Shown piece by piece: positions 9,086 to 17,040 of a stretch of DNA of 24,189 nucleotides. Under the pieces are notes generated by a model. That model did not search any database. It was not told the DNA's origin and saw only the letters and a list, made by a program, of their open reading frames with translations. Location of the stretch: positions 1 through 24,189 of the IMG/VR virus record IMGVR_UViG_3300037585_004435. One strand, 5' to 3'. The position numbers and the translations under genes are program-made. How positions within the stretch are numbered: position 1 is the first letter of the stretch; the number at the start of each line of letters is the position of its first letter. The DNA is from a virus. Taxonomy: Duplodnaviria; Caudoviricetes.

Positions 9086-9121
9086 ACAGAGGCAGTATTA
9101 GGCTTGCCTCTGTTTTCTTTT
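9086..9121 (+). terminator. Intrinsic terminator at the end of the late/lysis module
   Basis: ACAGAGGCAG-TATTAGGC-TTGCCTCTGT hairpin followed by TTTCTTTT. Confidence 0.65.
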
Positions 9122-9145
9122 CGTAAAAACAATGGAGACAATGCA

Positions 9146-9361
9146 ATGAATAGTGAGGCGACCCCTTTTGCCGTATCGGCATCTTATTTAAAAAAATATT
9201 TCAGTAAAAATAAAATACAGCTGTCCCCTGATGCTGTAGAGCTCGTTCAAGGAATTATGCAACATGAACTAGAGCTTGTAATTGATAAATGCCACACCAA
9301 TAATGTAAAGAGGCTGACATCTAAGAATATCTCTAATGCTAAAAAATGGTATAACAAATGA
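9146..9361 (+). CDS. Putative histone-fold protein (71 aa; start reassigned from TTG 9104 to ATG 9146)
   Basis: GGAG 8 nt upstream of ATG 9146; short helix-loop-long helix-loop-short helix pattern ASYLKKYF-SKNKIQLS-PDAVELVQGIMQHELELVIDKC-HTNNVKRLT-SKNI resembles prokaryotic histones. Confidence 0.6.
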   Translation: MNSEATPFAVSASYLKKYFSKNKIQLSPDAVELVQGIMQHELELVIDKCHTNNVKRLTSKNISNAKKWYNK

Positions 9362-10734
9362 AGTTATATAAGCATCAAGAAGAGACTTATTCTTTTGCTA
9401 AGGGTAGAAATTGTGTTTACGCAGACCTTTCTGATTGTGGCACAGGGAAAACTATTAGCACTATAAATGTGTTTGACAAATACTGTCAGGCGTATCGAAA
9501 AAATTCAGGTGGAATGCTAAAACCTAAAGGTTTAGTGTTAGCACCGAAATCCATAATTGAGTCTTCTTGGGCGGAAGACTGTAAGCAGTTTGACAATATA
9601 AGAACTTCCTCCATTATAGGTTCTACAAATAACAAGCTTTCATCGTTACAGGAAGACTCAGACCTTTATATAACCAACTATGAAAGTGTTAATAATCCTA
9701 AGATATTTGCTCAGCTAGAGTCTATGAGATTTCATTTCCTTATTTGTGATGAAGCAGTAAGGTTAAAGAATCACAAAGCTAAATGGACTAAGGTTATAAC
9801 AAAGCTTTCTCAGTCTATACCTTATAGGGTAATAATATCGGGATTGATTACGCCGAATAATCTAATGGAGATTTATTCTCCTTTTAATATATTAGAGCCA
9901 AGCTTATTGGGGAGAAGCTTCTGGCAATTTCGGTCAAGGTATTTCAATCCCGACCCTTATTCTTATATGAATAAGGCGTGGCTACCAAAAAAGAATGCAC
10001 ATAGAGATATATCCAACCTTATTAATGGTATGATAATTAGACATGATAAAGATAAGTGCTTGGACTTGCCTGACAAAATACATACTAAGCGTGTTGTGAA
10101 GATGACAGAATCTCAGCGTAAGCTATATAATGATATGAAAAAACAATTTATTGTGCATATCAAGGAAGTAGGCTCTGTTACTGCTCTTACTGCATCTACC
10201 CATTTAAATAAACTATCTCAAATATCTAGTGGATTTCTTTACGATGAGGAGAAGAATACACATTTTTTAGAATCTGCTAAGATGAAAGAACTTAGGAATC
10301 TATTTGACGGAGAGCTATCCTCTCAGCAAGTGATTGTGTTTTGCTCTTACAAGGCTGAAATGGAAGCGTTTAAGCACTTTTTCCCTAACCATGCGTATAT
10401 TCATGGTGGGATGAGTGATTTAGCTTTAAAGGACAATATAGAAAGATTTCAAAAAAATGAATGTCGGTATTTATTTGCCAATATGAAAGCTAGTAAATAT
10501 GGCTTGACATTTACGAACTGCTCTAATGTTATATATTATACATTAAACTATTCTCTTGATGATTTATATCAAAGCCAAGAGAGAGTGCATCGTATCGGGC
10601 AGACAAAGACATGCAATTACATATATCTGTTATCTGAAAAATCAATAGATACTCGTATATATAATGCAGTGATGAAAAAGCAGAGCTTAAATGATTTCAT
10701 GATGGAACTCATTGATGACTCTGACAACATATAA
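9358..10734 (+). CDS. SNF2-family (SF2) DNA helicase
   Basis: LYKHQ, motif I DCGTGKT, ITNYE, motif II LICDEA, motif III-like ISGLITPN, GLTFT, motif VI QSQERVHRIGQ. Confidence 0.92.
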   Translation: MKLYKHQEETYSFAKGRNCVYADLSDCGTGKTISTINVFDKYCQAYRKNSGGMLKPKGLVLAPKSIIESSWAEDCKQFDNIRTSSIIGSTNNKLSSLQEDSDLYITNYESVNNPKIFAQLESMRFHFLICDEAVRLKNHKAKWTKVITKLSQSIPYRVIISGLITPNNLMEIYSPFNILEPSLLGRSFWQFRSRYFNPDPYSYMNKAWLPKKNAHRDISNLINGMIIRHDKDKCLDLPDKIHTKRVVKMTESQRKLYNDMKKQFIVHIKEVGSVTALTASTHLNKLSQISSGFLYDEEKNTHFLESAKMKELRNLFDGELSSQQVIVFCSYKAEMEAFKHFFPNHAYIHGGMSDLALKDNIERFQKNECRYLFANMKASKYGLTFTNCSNVIYYTLNYSLDDLYQSQERVHRIGQTKTCNYIYLLSEKSIDTRIYNAVMKKQSLNDFMMELIDDSDNI

Positions 10735-10748
10735 AACAAAGGAAAACA

Positions 10749-11201
10749 ATGGAAATAACAATTAATGTCAGAGAGGCTGACAATTTTAAATTCAACGAGG
10801 GTGATAGCGTGGCTAAAGCTATTCAGAAATGGCGTGCAATGGCTGATAAGATTGATACGCTAAAGATGCAAGCGTTAAAACCTTTCGAGGATGTGAAAAA
10901 AGAATTGGAGAAAGAGATTTCTACTATGCTGGATGTCCCTGAGAACGAGGAGCGAAGTGAGACTATTTCTGTTCATCAGTGTGCTAGTGCATACAAACAG
11001 AAAAAAATCAGTGCTAAGGTTCACGATTGGGAAATATTCCAAAGATACTTAGTTAGAAACGAACTTCAATATGCAATGCGAAAACAAGTAAACTTGAGTG
11101 CTATTGAGGAGATTCACGAACAAATAATGAACGGTGAATTACCTCAGCCTAAAGGCGTTGAGTTTACAACATTTAACAAACTATACATAAGGAGAAGCTA
11201 A
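10749..11201 (+). CDS. Conserved phage replication-module protein (hypothetical)
   Basis: AAGGA RBS; coiled coil, V-x-DW-x-x-F and P-x-GVE motifs typical of genes beside phage SSB-like genes. Confidence 0.6.
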   Translation: MEITINVREADNFKFNEGDSVAKAIQKWRAMADKIDTLKMQALKPFEDVKKELEKEISTMLDVPENEERSETISVHQCASAYKQKKISAKVHDWEIFQRYLVRNELQYAMRKQVNLSAIEEIHEQIMNGELPQPKGVEFTTFNKLYIRRS

Positions 11202-11203
11202 TA

Positions 11204-11893
11204 ATGGCTGATGCAAAAACAATGCAAAAAACAAACAATGAAATCGAAATACCTCAAGATTACGACATGGGTTTTAATACCGATGATGTAAAAGTTCCTC
11301 AGATACTTTTATGGCAGAAAATGAGTGATATGCCTGAGTTCGAGGGAACAGGGGTTAAAGCGGGTGATTTAGTAAATCCTGTTACGGGAGAAATTTTAGG
11401 CACAAGTGTAGAATGTGCTGTAATCCGATGCTTTATAACTGCTAGAAAATATGGTGCTAAAGACCCTTTGACAGGTCGTAAAGCTATTGAGAAATATTCT
11501 AAGGATGGAATACATTGGGATGATGATGGTGCTAGAATACATCCAAATGAATTTAAGTGGAATGAAAAAGGTGACTATGCAATGAAAGCATATCACTATG
11601 TTGTTCTGCCTAAAGATTCTATTATGCCATGTGTTTTAGTATTCAGGGGTGCAAGTGCAAAACATGCAAAAGGTTTGAATGCAAACTTGATGTATATTAA
11701 GCCTTCTTGGAGAACTTGGTTTAAAATATCTGCTGTAATGGAAGAGTCTAATGGCAATAAGTATTATGTACTTAAAGCACAACCTCAACCTAAGAGAGCT
11801 TTATCTTCTGAAGAAGCTGATATGTGTTATGGATTTTATCAATCTAGCACGGCTAGCAATGCAGTGATGGATGATGACCCTGTTTATGAATAA
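11204..11893 (+). CDS. Putative single-stranded DNA-binding / annealing protein
   Basis: DDVKVP-x-I-x-L-x-Q-x-MS and GVKAG N-terminal pattern, acidic-aromatic tail DDDPVYE, position between helicase and primase. Confidence 0.55.
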   Translation: MADAKTMQKTNNEIEIPQDYDMGFNTDDVKVPQILLWQKMSDMPEFEGTGVKAGDLVNPVTGEILGTSVECAVIRCFITARKYGAKDPLTGRKAIEKYSKDGIHWDDDGARIHPNEFKWNEKGDYAMKAYHYVVLPKDSIMPCVLVFRGASAKHAKGLNANLMYIKPSWRTWFKISAVMEESNGNKYYVLKAQPQPKRALSSEEADMCYGFYQSSTASNAVMDDDPVYE

Positions 11894-11997
11894 ACCAATA
11901 TAGAAAAATAGGGGGTGTCCTAATAGAGTTGCAAGAGACCCACACCAAACCTCGCTTGCTTCTCAGCACCCCCTGTCTTTTTTAATAAGGAATACAA

Positions 11998-14646
11998 ATG
12001 AAATTAAAAAGATTTAAAGAACTATTTCAATGCAGAACAGATGTTTATGCTGAGTGTTGGTATAGTAAAAAGTCTAAGAGATATGCCTATAAATCTGTAA
12101 AGAAATCCCTAAGTGATAAAATAATAAAAGAACATATTTTTAATAAGAAGAACTACGGTATCGGTGTTTATCCATTATTGGAAGGTAATATTACAAAGTG
12201 GATAAGTGCCGATTTTGATTTTCATTCTGAAAAAGATAAGAGTGAAATGTATGAAGCCATTACTAGGATGCGAATGATTGGTGATGATTTAAGATTGCAT
12301 CATTATATTGAATTTTCTAAATCTGGCAATGGCGTTCATGTTTGGATATTTTTTGATAAACCTATTGATTCTTGGAAAGCTCGTAGATTTATGGGTGGGT
12401 TTCTCATGGCTAGCGGTGCTAATGATTTGTCTAGCATGGACAGGTTTTTTCCCTCTCAGGATAGATTGTATCAAACTAGCAAGGGTTTTGGAAATCTGAT
12501 ACACTTACCTTTCTCTGCATTTCATATTGAAAAGGGTACATTCTTTGATATGAACAATGCCTTTTTAAAGAATAATGAGGATGATATAGAATTATTCTTA
12601 GATGAGGTAGAACCACTTACGGTTGAGTATGTTGATACAATGCTAAAGAAGTGGGACTTGCTAGATAAGGTTGAGAGTGGTGTTGAGTATGAGGAAGATA
12701 AGATTGAATATGAATATTCTGCCGATGGATTACAACAAGTAATTCAAGACCCATTTATTCAGTGGTGTATGAAATATCCTGACAGAGTTGACTACCATGC
12801 TTGGGTAGCAATGATAACAAACCTTATTCCTTATGGTGATGAGGGGCGAGAATCTATTCACATGATTTCAAGGTTAGCACCTGAAAAATATGATAAGAAG
12901 TTGACTGACATGAAGATACTCTCTTGTGAGGGTATGAAACCTATTACATATAATTGGATTACTAAGAATACTAATTTTGATGAGAAAGTTAATGTAACTT
13001 ATAAGTCGCCCGCAGTGGCGGGAATCAAAACATCGCACACTGAGAGTCCTGTTTATGAGCACAATGGTAATTACTTTTTAAAACAGAAAAGAGATGTTAA
13101 AAGGCTTTCTAATTTTTCAATAGAGCCGACTAAAGTTGTCCGAATAGAAGATAAGATTACTAGAGTTTGGAATATCATAGCTGAAGATTGTGTGCTAAAA
13201 GATGTGCATCTTAGCAGTGATGAGCTAAGTGGTACTCAAACTTTCAAGCGTAAGATTATGGGATTGTATCATAAGCTGTTGTGGTATGGCAATGACCTAG
13301 AATTAATCCATGTGCTAGATTATATTAATCAGCATTACCCTAATATCCCTATGGTTAAAGGGAGGGAGAGTGTTGGTATGTTTAGAGACCCTGTTTCTAA
13401 GAAGTGGTCAGTGCTGACTCAGCTACATTGTTGGGATAAGGATTCTTCTAAGTCTGATTTTATTTATTTTAATCCCGCTTGTAAGAAGGAAATTGTATTC
13501 ACTCCTGAGCAGAAAATCTCTAAAGCAGAGGTTGCTAACATTAAGAAGTTGCTATTTCAGTTCAATGACTTTGAGATATGTTCTACTATTATAGGGTGGT
13601 GTTTCTCTTTATTTGTAAAACAGAGACTGTATGAAGCTCATAGTGTTAGATTCCCTGTGCTAATGATTCACGGGCAAGCGGGGTCAGGGAAGTCAGAAAC
13701 AGCGAGGCATTTAATTCAGCCTACATTCGGAGACATTGCTAGCATGATGAGGGTTGATGATATTACTAGCTTTGCTTTCACCGCTCAAGGCTCTAGCACT
13801 AATATGTTTCCTTTGGTGTATGATGAATACAAACCCGCACTGTTTGATAGAAGTAAGATTAAATTAATATCAAGAATGATTCGTGGGTTATACGATAACG
13901 AGACATCTCTTCGTGGCACTAAAGACCTTAGTGTTAAGGAGTTCAAGATATTCTCTCCCGCAGTAATAATTGGTGAACAAGGATTTGAAGAGCCAGCACT
14001 TAAAGAAAGAAGTATTGATGTATTCTTCGCTAAAGATATTAGTACCAAGTTTGTAGACAATTTCGTTGAATTATCGAAAGCACCGCTGACAAAGTTTGGC
14101 AACGCCTTCTTAAATTGGTCTCTAACGCTCCAAACTGATTTCATTTTTGATACTTATCGTAAGAATATCAAGGAAAACGGCAGAATTTACAGTAATATCG
14201 CAGTTTTGCAGTGCGGAATTGACCTTCTAAAGCAGTTTTTTGAAAGTTTTGGTCTAGGATTAAAGGCAGATTTGATAAAGAATGCCATATATGATTCTCA
14301 GATAAAGGCTCAAACTGTGTCAGGACAAACTCGTAGCGTTGTTGATAATATTGTCGAAGCTATATTTGTTATGAAAGATAGCGGTTATGTTAATGGCAGT
14401 ATGATTGAACTAGGAGTGGATGATGCTAAGATTCATACACCTACAATATATCCAATGTTTAAGAAGTGGGCGAGGGAATTTGATTATGAGGGTGAAGTTT
14501 TATCTCATAATGAATTTGTTAAGCAGTTAAAGCACATGTCTTATTACGAGGACTACAGGAGTGTTCGACTCACTAGCAGTGAGGATGTTAAAAAGTGTAG
14601 GGTTTTAAATCTAGGTAAACTTAAAGAAATGGAGTTGGTTGAATAA
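11998..14646 (+). CDS. Primase-helicase: archaeo-eukaryotic primase (TOTE-like) domain, PriCT-like region, C-terminal P-loop helicase
   Basis: ADFD, FSKSGNGVHVWIFF, DRFFPSQD...GFGNLIHLP primase motifs; Walker A GQAGSGKS; Walker B LVYDE. Confidence 0.88.
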   Translation: MKLKRFKELFQCRTDVYAECWYSKKSKRYAYKSVKKSLSDKIIKEHIFNKKNYGIGVYPLLEGNITKWISADFDFHSEKDKSEMYEAITRMRMIGDDLRLHHYIEFSKSGNGVHVWIFFDKPIDSWKARRFMGGFLMASGANDLSSMDRFFPSQDRLYQTSKGFGNLIHLPFSAFHIEKGTFFDMNNAFLKNNEDDIELFLDEVEPLTVEYVDTMLKKWDLLDKVESGVEYEEDKIEYEYSADGLQQVIQDPFIQWCMKYPDRVDYHAWVAMITNLIPYGDEGRESIHMISRLAPEKYDKKLTDMKILSCEGMKPITYNWITKNTNFDEKVNVTYKSPAVAGIKTSHTESPVYEHNGNYFLKQKRDVKRLSNFSIEPTKVVRIEDKITRVWNIIAEDCVLKDVHLSSDELSGTQTFKRKIMGLYHKLLWYGNDLELIHVLDYINQHYPNIPMVKGRESVGMFRDPVSKKWSVLTQLHCWDKDSSKSDFIYFNPACKKEIVFTPEQKISKAEVANIKKLLFQFNDFEICSTIIGWCFSLFVKQRLYEAHSVRFPVLMIHGQAGSGKSETARHLIQPTFGDIASMMRVDDITSFAFTAQGSSTNMFPLVYDEYKPALFDRSKIKLISRMIRGLYDNETSLRGTKDLSVKEFKIFSPAVIIGEQGFEEPALKERSIDVFFAKDISTKFVDNFVELSKAPLTKFGNAFLNWSLTLQTDFIFDTYRKNIKENGRIYSNIAVLQCGIDLLKQFFESFGLGLKADLIKNAIYDSQIKAQTVSGQTRSVVDNIVEAIFVMKDSGYVNGSMIELGVDDAKIHTPTIYPMFKKWAREFDYEGEVLSHNEFVKQLKHMSYYEDYRSVRLTSSEDVKKCRVLNLGKLKEMELVE

Positions 14647-14813
14647 TGGCAAGCAGACATGTAATAAAAAGAGATATGATAGGGACTAAGTATGCAGATT
14701 GCTTGACAATAGAATGCGTCAATCTCTATAATACTGAATATAAAAAAGCGACAGGTTATTGCAAACCTTGTGAGGATAAGAGGAGGAGAGATGAAAAAAG
14801 CAAAGTGTCTTAA
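14646..14813 (+). CDS. Small Cys-containing protein (55 aa), missing from the ORF track
   Basis: TAATG overlap with primase stop; MASRHVIKRDMIGTKYADCLTIECVNLYNTEYKKATGYCKPCEDKRRRDEKSKVS with C-x4-C and CxxC. Confidence 0.55.
   Translation: MASRHVIKRDMIGTKYADCLTIECVNLYNTEYKKATGYCKPCEDKRRRDEKSKVS
14703..14732 (+). promoter_or_regulatory. Sigma70 consensus promoter candidate
   Basis: TTGACA (14703-14708), 18 nt, TATAAT (14727-14732); lies inside a small ORF so could be coincidental. Confidence 0.5.
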
Positions 14814-14985
14814 TTGTGGTATTGATATGTATGTAGGATGTGATGTTATGTGTATGAATTGTGGTTTCGCTATGGACTGAGACGATGCTAGCACACGCAG
14901 CAGGTTGCTGCCAGAAAAAAAATCCCAGCCCCCAGTGAAAGGTTCTAGCACTACGCAGCAGGTAAGAAAGCGTGCTGAGTTATGA
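14791..14985 (+). CDS. Small Cys-rich zinc-ribbon-like protein with in-frame TGA at codon 30 (candidate selenoprotein; 29 aa if terminated, 64 aa if read through)
   Basis: AGGAGG RBS; MKKAKCLNCGIDMYVGCDVMCMNCGFAMD-TGA-DDASTRSRLL...; read-through frame ends at TGA 14983-14985 overlapping the next ATG. Confidence 0.6.
14897..14911 (+). promoter_or_regulatory. Bacterial SECIS-like hairpin
   Basis: GCAGCA-GGT-TGCTGC beginning 16 nt after the TGA at 14878-14880, with G/GT in the apical loop. Confidence 0.45.
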
Positions 14986-15251
14986 AATGTCCTCGCTGCG
15001 GAGCAGATTTTATTTGGGGAGGTGACCATGATTACGAAGATTATGGTTACGAAGGAAATGGTATTGTTAGTAATATGAGTTGCCCAACAGAGTGGTGCAA
15101 TGCTAGTGTATTATTACTATTACCTGAATCAGTTAGATTAATTGACATCATTGAAAAGGTAGCTAAAAAAGAAGATAACTTAGCCAAAAATACAGAGAAA
15201 AGTGAAAAAAGTGATTCTTCAGAAAATGATGAAAAAGAAAAAATTCGTTGA
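14982..15251 (+). CDS. Small zinc-ribbon protein
   Basis: MKCPRC...IWGGDHD...NMSCPTEWC; charged tail. Confidence 0.7.
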   Translation: MKCPRCGADFIWGGDHDYEDYGYEGNGIVSNMSCPTEWCNASVLLLLPESVRLIDIIEKVAKKEDNLAKNTEKSEKSDSSENDEKEKIR

Positions 15252-15300
15252 GCCAAACGGATGAAAGTGCGGTAGTTCGCAATGATGAGTAGCAAAAAGG

Positions 15301-15524
15301 GGTTACATGTAACCGATTTCTTGGTTTTTGTAACCTCTTTATCCTTGCTATTTCTCTTCGGTTGTAACCGATGTAACCGATGTGTCGGATGTTTTCATAC
15401 ACCTACACTGAGAGACTACTTGCGAGCAGATTAGGGTGTGTAACCGCAGTTACATGGGTACATTCAATAAAAACAACAACTTAGGAGGTTACAATGGGTA
15501 AAAAAGAGGTTACAAGAGGTTACA
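15301..15524. repeat. Cluster of TGTAACC/GGTTACA heptamers; putative replication origin
   Basis: Palindrome GGTTACATGTAACC 15301-15314; TGTAACC at 15329, 15363, 15372, 15439; GGTTACA at 15487, 15508, 15518; near matches at 15448 and 15456. Confidence 0.7.
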
Positions 15525-15979
15525 AAGAAAAAGACTCTAGTATTAATATCATAGAGGATAAGGATTATGTTAAGTTTATTGCATATACTGAAAAGCTTAA
15601 CACCACCTATAAGAATATGTCAGATGCTGAGTTGACAAGGCATATTGGTAATTGGTTGAAAGGTCGGAAGCACATGGAGCAGTTGAGTGTTTCTTACGAT
15701 GAAGATGTGGTATTCCCCGAAGCGTTGTTTATGGAGAACCCTGATTCTGATTTACCTTTTGACGAAATTGGTGAGGACTGTGGTATTCTATGGTTTAATC
15801 CGATGGTGGACGGAATAAAAAAAGTTGGCGTTTGGGGAGGTAGCACTGAACGGGATAAGGAGGGATTTATTAGGCTTAATGCTAACTATGCCAAGAGAAT
15901 CTTCGGGAAATCTGATGTTAAGAATGCTAGGAACAGGCTTTATTTAATCAACATGTTTGATGCGTTCACGCTATGCTAG
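15494..15979 (+). CDS. Hypothetical protein
   Basis: AGGAGG RBS; 161 aa; overlaps next gene. Confidence 0.7.
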   Translation: MGKKEVTRGYKEKDSSINIIEDKDYVKFIAYTEKLNTTYKNMSDAELTRHIGNWLKGRKHMEQLSVSYDEDVVFPEALFMENPDSDLPFDEIGEDCGILWFNPMVDGIKKVGVWGGSTERDKEGFIRLNANYAKRIFGKSDVKNARNRLYLINMFDAFTLC

Positions 15980-16260
15980 AAAAAGACATCCAAAAAAAGA
16001 TTATGAAGTTCTTGAAATCGCTTGACAATGCTAGCTTTGATGTTACGACAATCGGAATGTATGGAAACAAAGGAACGGCGGACATTGTCGGCGTGCTATG
16101 CGGTCGATATGTTGCTATCGAAGTCAAACGCCCCAAGAAATACGCAACGGCATTACAGAAACATTGGCTAGAGACCAAGACTAAATGTGGTGCTATTTGT
16201 TTCGTTGCTACAAGTGTTAGAGAAGTTGAGGAAAGATTAATCGAGGAAAATTTAATATAA
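15973..16260 (+). CDS. VRR-NUC domain nuclease / Holliday junction resolvase-like
   Basis: EKDIQ, G-x-x-D, IEVK, Q-x-x-W PD-(D/E)XK pattern. Confidence 0.9.
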   Translation: MLEKDIQKKIMKFLKSLDNASFDVTTIGMYGNKGTADIVGVLCGRYVAIEVKRPKKYATALQKHWLETKTKCGAICFVATSVREVEERLIEENLI

Positions 16261-16292
16261 CAAAAAACCCCCCGTAGGGGGGTTTTTTGTTA
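16258..16292. terminator. Bidirectional intrinsic terminator between convergent operons
   Basis: Perfect inverted repeat TAACAAAAAACCCCCC-GTA-GGGGGGTTTTTTGTTA. Confidence 0.92.
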
Positions 16293-16313
16293 ATCGGTGC
16301 TAGGTAACTAAAG

Positions 16314-16496
16314 TTACTTTTTAGTCATCTCCTCAACCCAACTTTCAATAAGAGCCATTAATACTGACCGCATTGTCATATCTTGCTTAGCACAACAGGC
16401 TTTAAATCTCCGCCACAACGCTCTGTCGTAATGCAGATAATAATAACCCTGTGTTTTCGGGTCGTGCTTGGTTTGTTGTTCATTTGTTCTCGGCAT
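16314..16496 (-). CDS. Ribbon-helix-helix DNA-binding protein (ParG/Arc-like, 60 aa; start reassigned to ATG 16496)
   Basis: AAGGAG RBS; YYLHYDRALWRRFKACCAKQDMTMRSVLMALIESWV fits the RHH pattern. Confidence 0.75.
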   Translation of the reverse strand: MPRTNEQQTKHDPKTQGYYYLHYDRALWRRFKACCAKQDMTMRSVLMALIESWVEEMTKK

Positions 16497-16650
16497 TGTG
16501 TATCTCCTTAATATATTCAGTAAATCGTTTAGGTAGCACAACTTTGAAATTGCAATCTTCGCAACATCTGCCATTGTTTACAGGCTGAGCGTTGTGAGAT
16601 TGAATATCCTCTATTTTGGTGCTACAAATACTACATTTAATTTTTTTCAA
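16480..16650 (-). CDS. Small zinc-finger protein (56 aa), missing from the ORF track
   Basis: TTG start overlapping the upstream TGA, AAGGAG RBS; MKKIKCSICSTKIEDIQSHNAQPVNNGRCCEDCNFKVVLPKRF... Confidence 0.75.
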   Translation of the reverse strand: MKKIKCSICSTKIEDIQSHNAQPVNNGRCCEDCNFKVVLPKRFTEYIKEIHNAENK

Positions 16651-16868
16651 AGTCCTAACTCCTTTAATTGTTTGTGAACCTTCGGCTTTTCCTCATCAGA
16701 TATTGACTCGAAATGTTTCATCAATATATGATAGGCTTTTTCATACCTGTCTGCATCCTTAGCACATTTACACTGAGAAATTACACTAACCTCATCTCTT
16801 CTTAAATCGTGCTGATACCAATACTCAGTATTGCAGACAATGCAAACCGCTGAATTATCTATTGTCAT
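16647..16868 (-). CDS. Small Cys-containing hypothetical protein
   Basis: GGAG RBS; CIVC and CKC motifs. Confidence 0.65.
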   Translation of the reverse strand: MTIDNSAVCIVCNTEYWYQHDLRRDEVSVISQCKCAKDADRYEKAYHILMKHFESISDEEKPKVHKQLKELGL

Positions 16869-17040
16869 TTTTTCTCCAATCTAAAATTCCTAGCAGTAAG
16901 TGAGTGACGAGAAAAACTCCACCACTCACAACCAATGTCCACAAAAATCCGTTCGAGGTGCTAGGGTTGAAAAGTAAATCAACCCATAGCGACCAACAGA
17001 TTAAAACAGGGATAGCGTAGCCAAGTGCTAGAAATCGCAT
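16855..17040 (-). CDS. Small two-TM membrane protein
   Basis: Two hydrophobic segments; TAATG coupling; GGAG upstream. Confidence 0.65.
   Translation of the reverse strand: MRFLALGYAIPVLICWSLWVDLLFNPSTSNGFLWTLVVSGGVFLVTHLLLGILDWRKNDNR

Noticed and set aside
9104-9145. TTG start at 9104 for the histone-like ORF
   Set aside because: Lies within the terminator hairpin; ATG 9146 has a properly spaced GGAG
14553-15402. Minus-strand ORFs 14553-15029, 15047-15295 and 15163-15402
   Set aside because: Antisense to better-supported plus-strand genes, no RBS or motifs
15301-15524. CRISPR array
   Set aside because: Repeats are 7 bp, irregularly spaced and in both orientations; no cas genes
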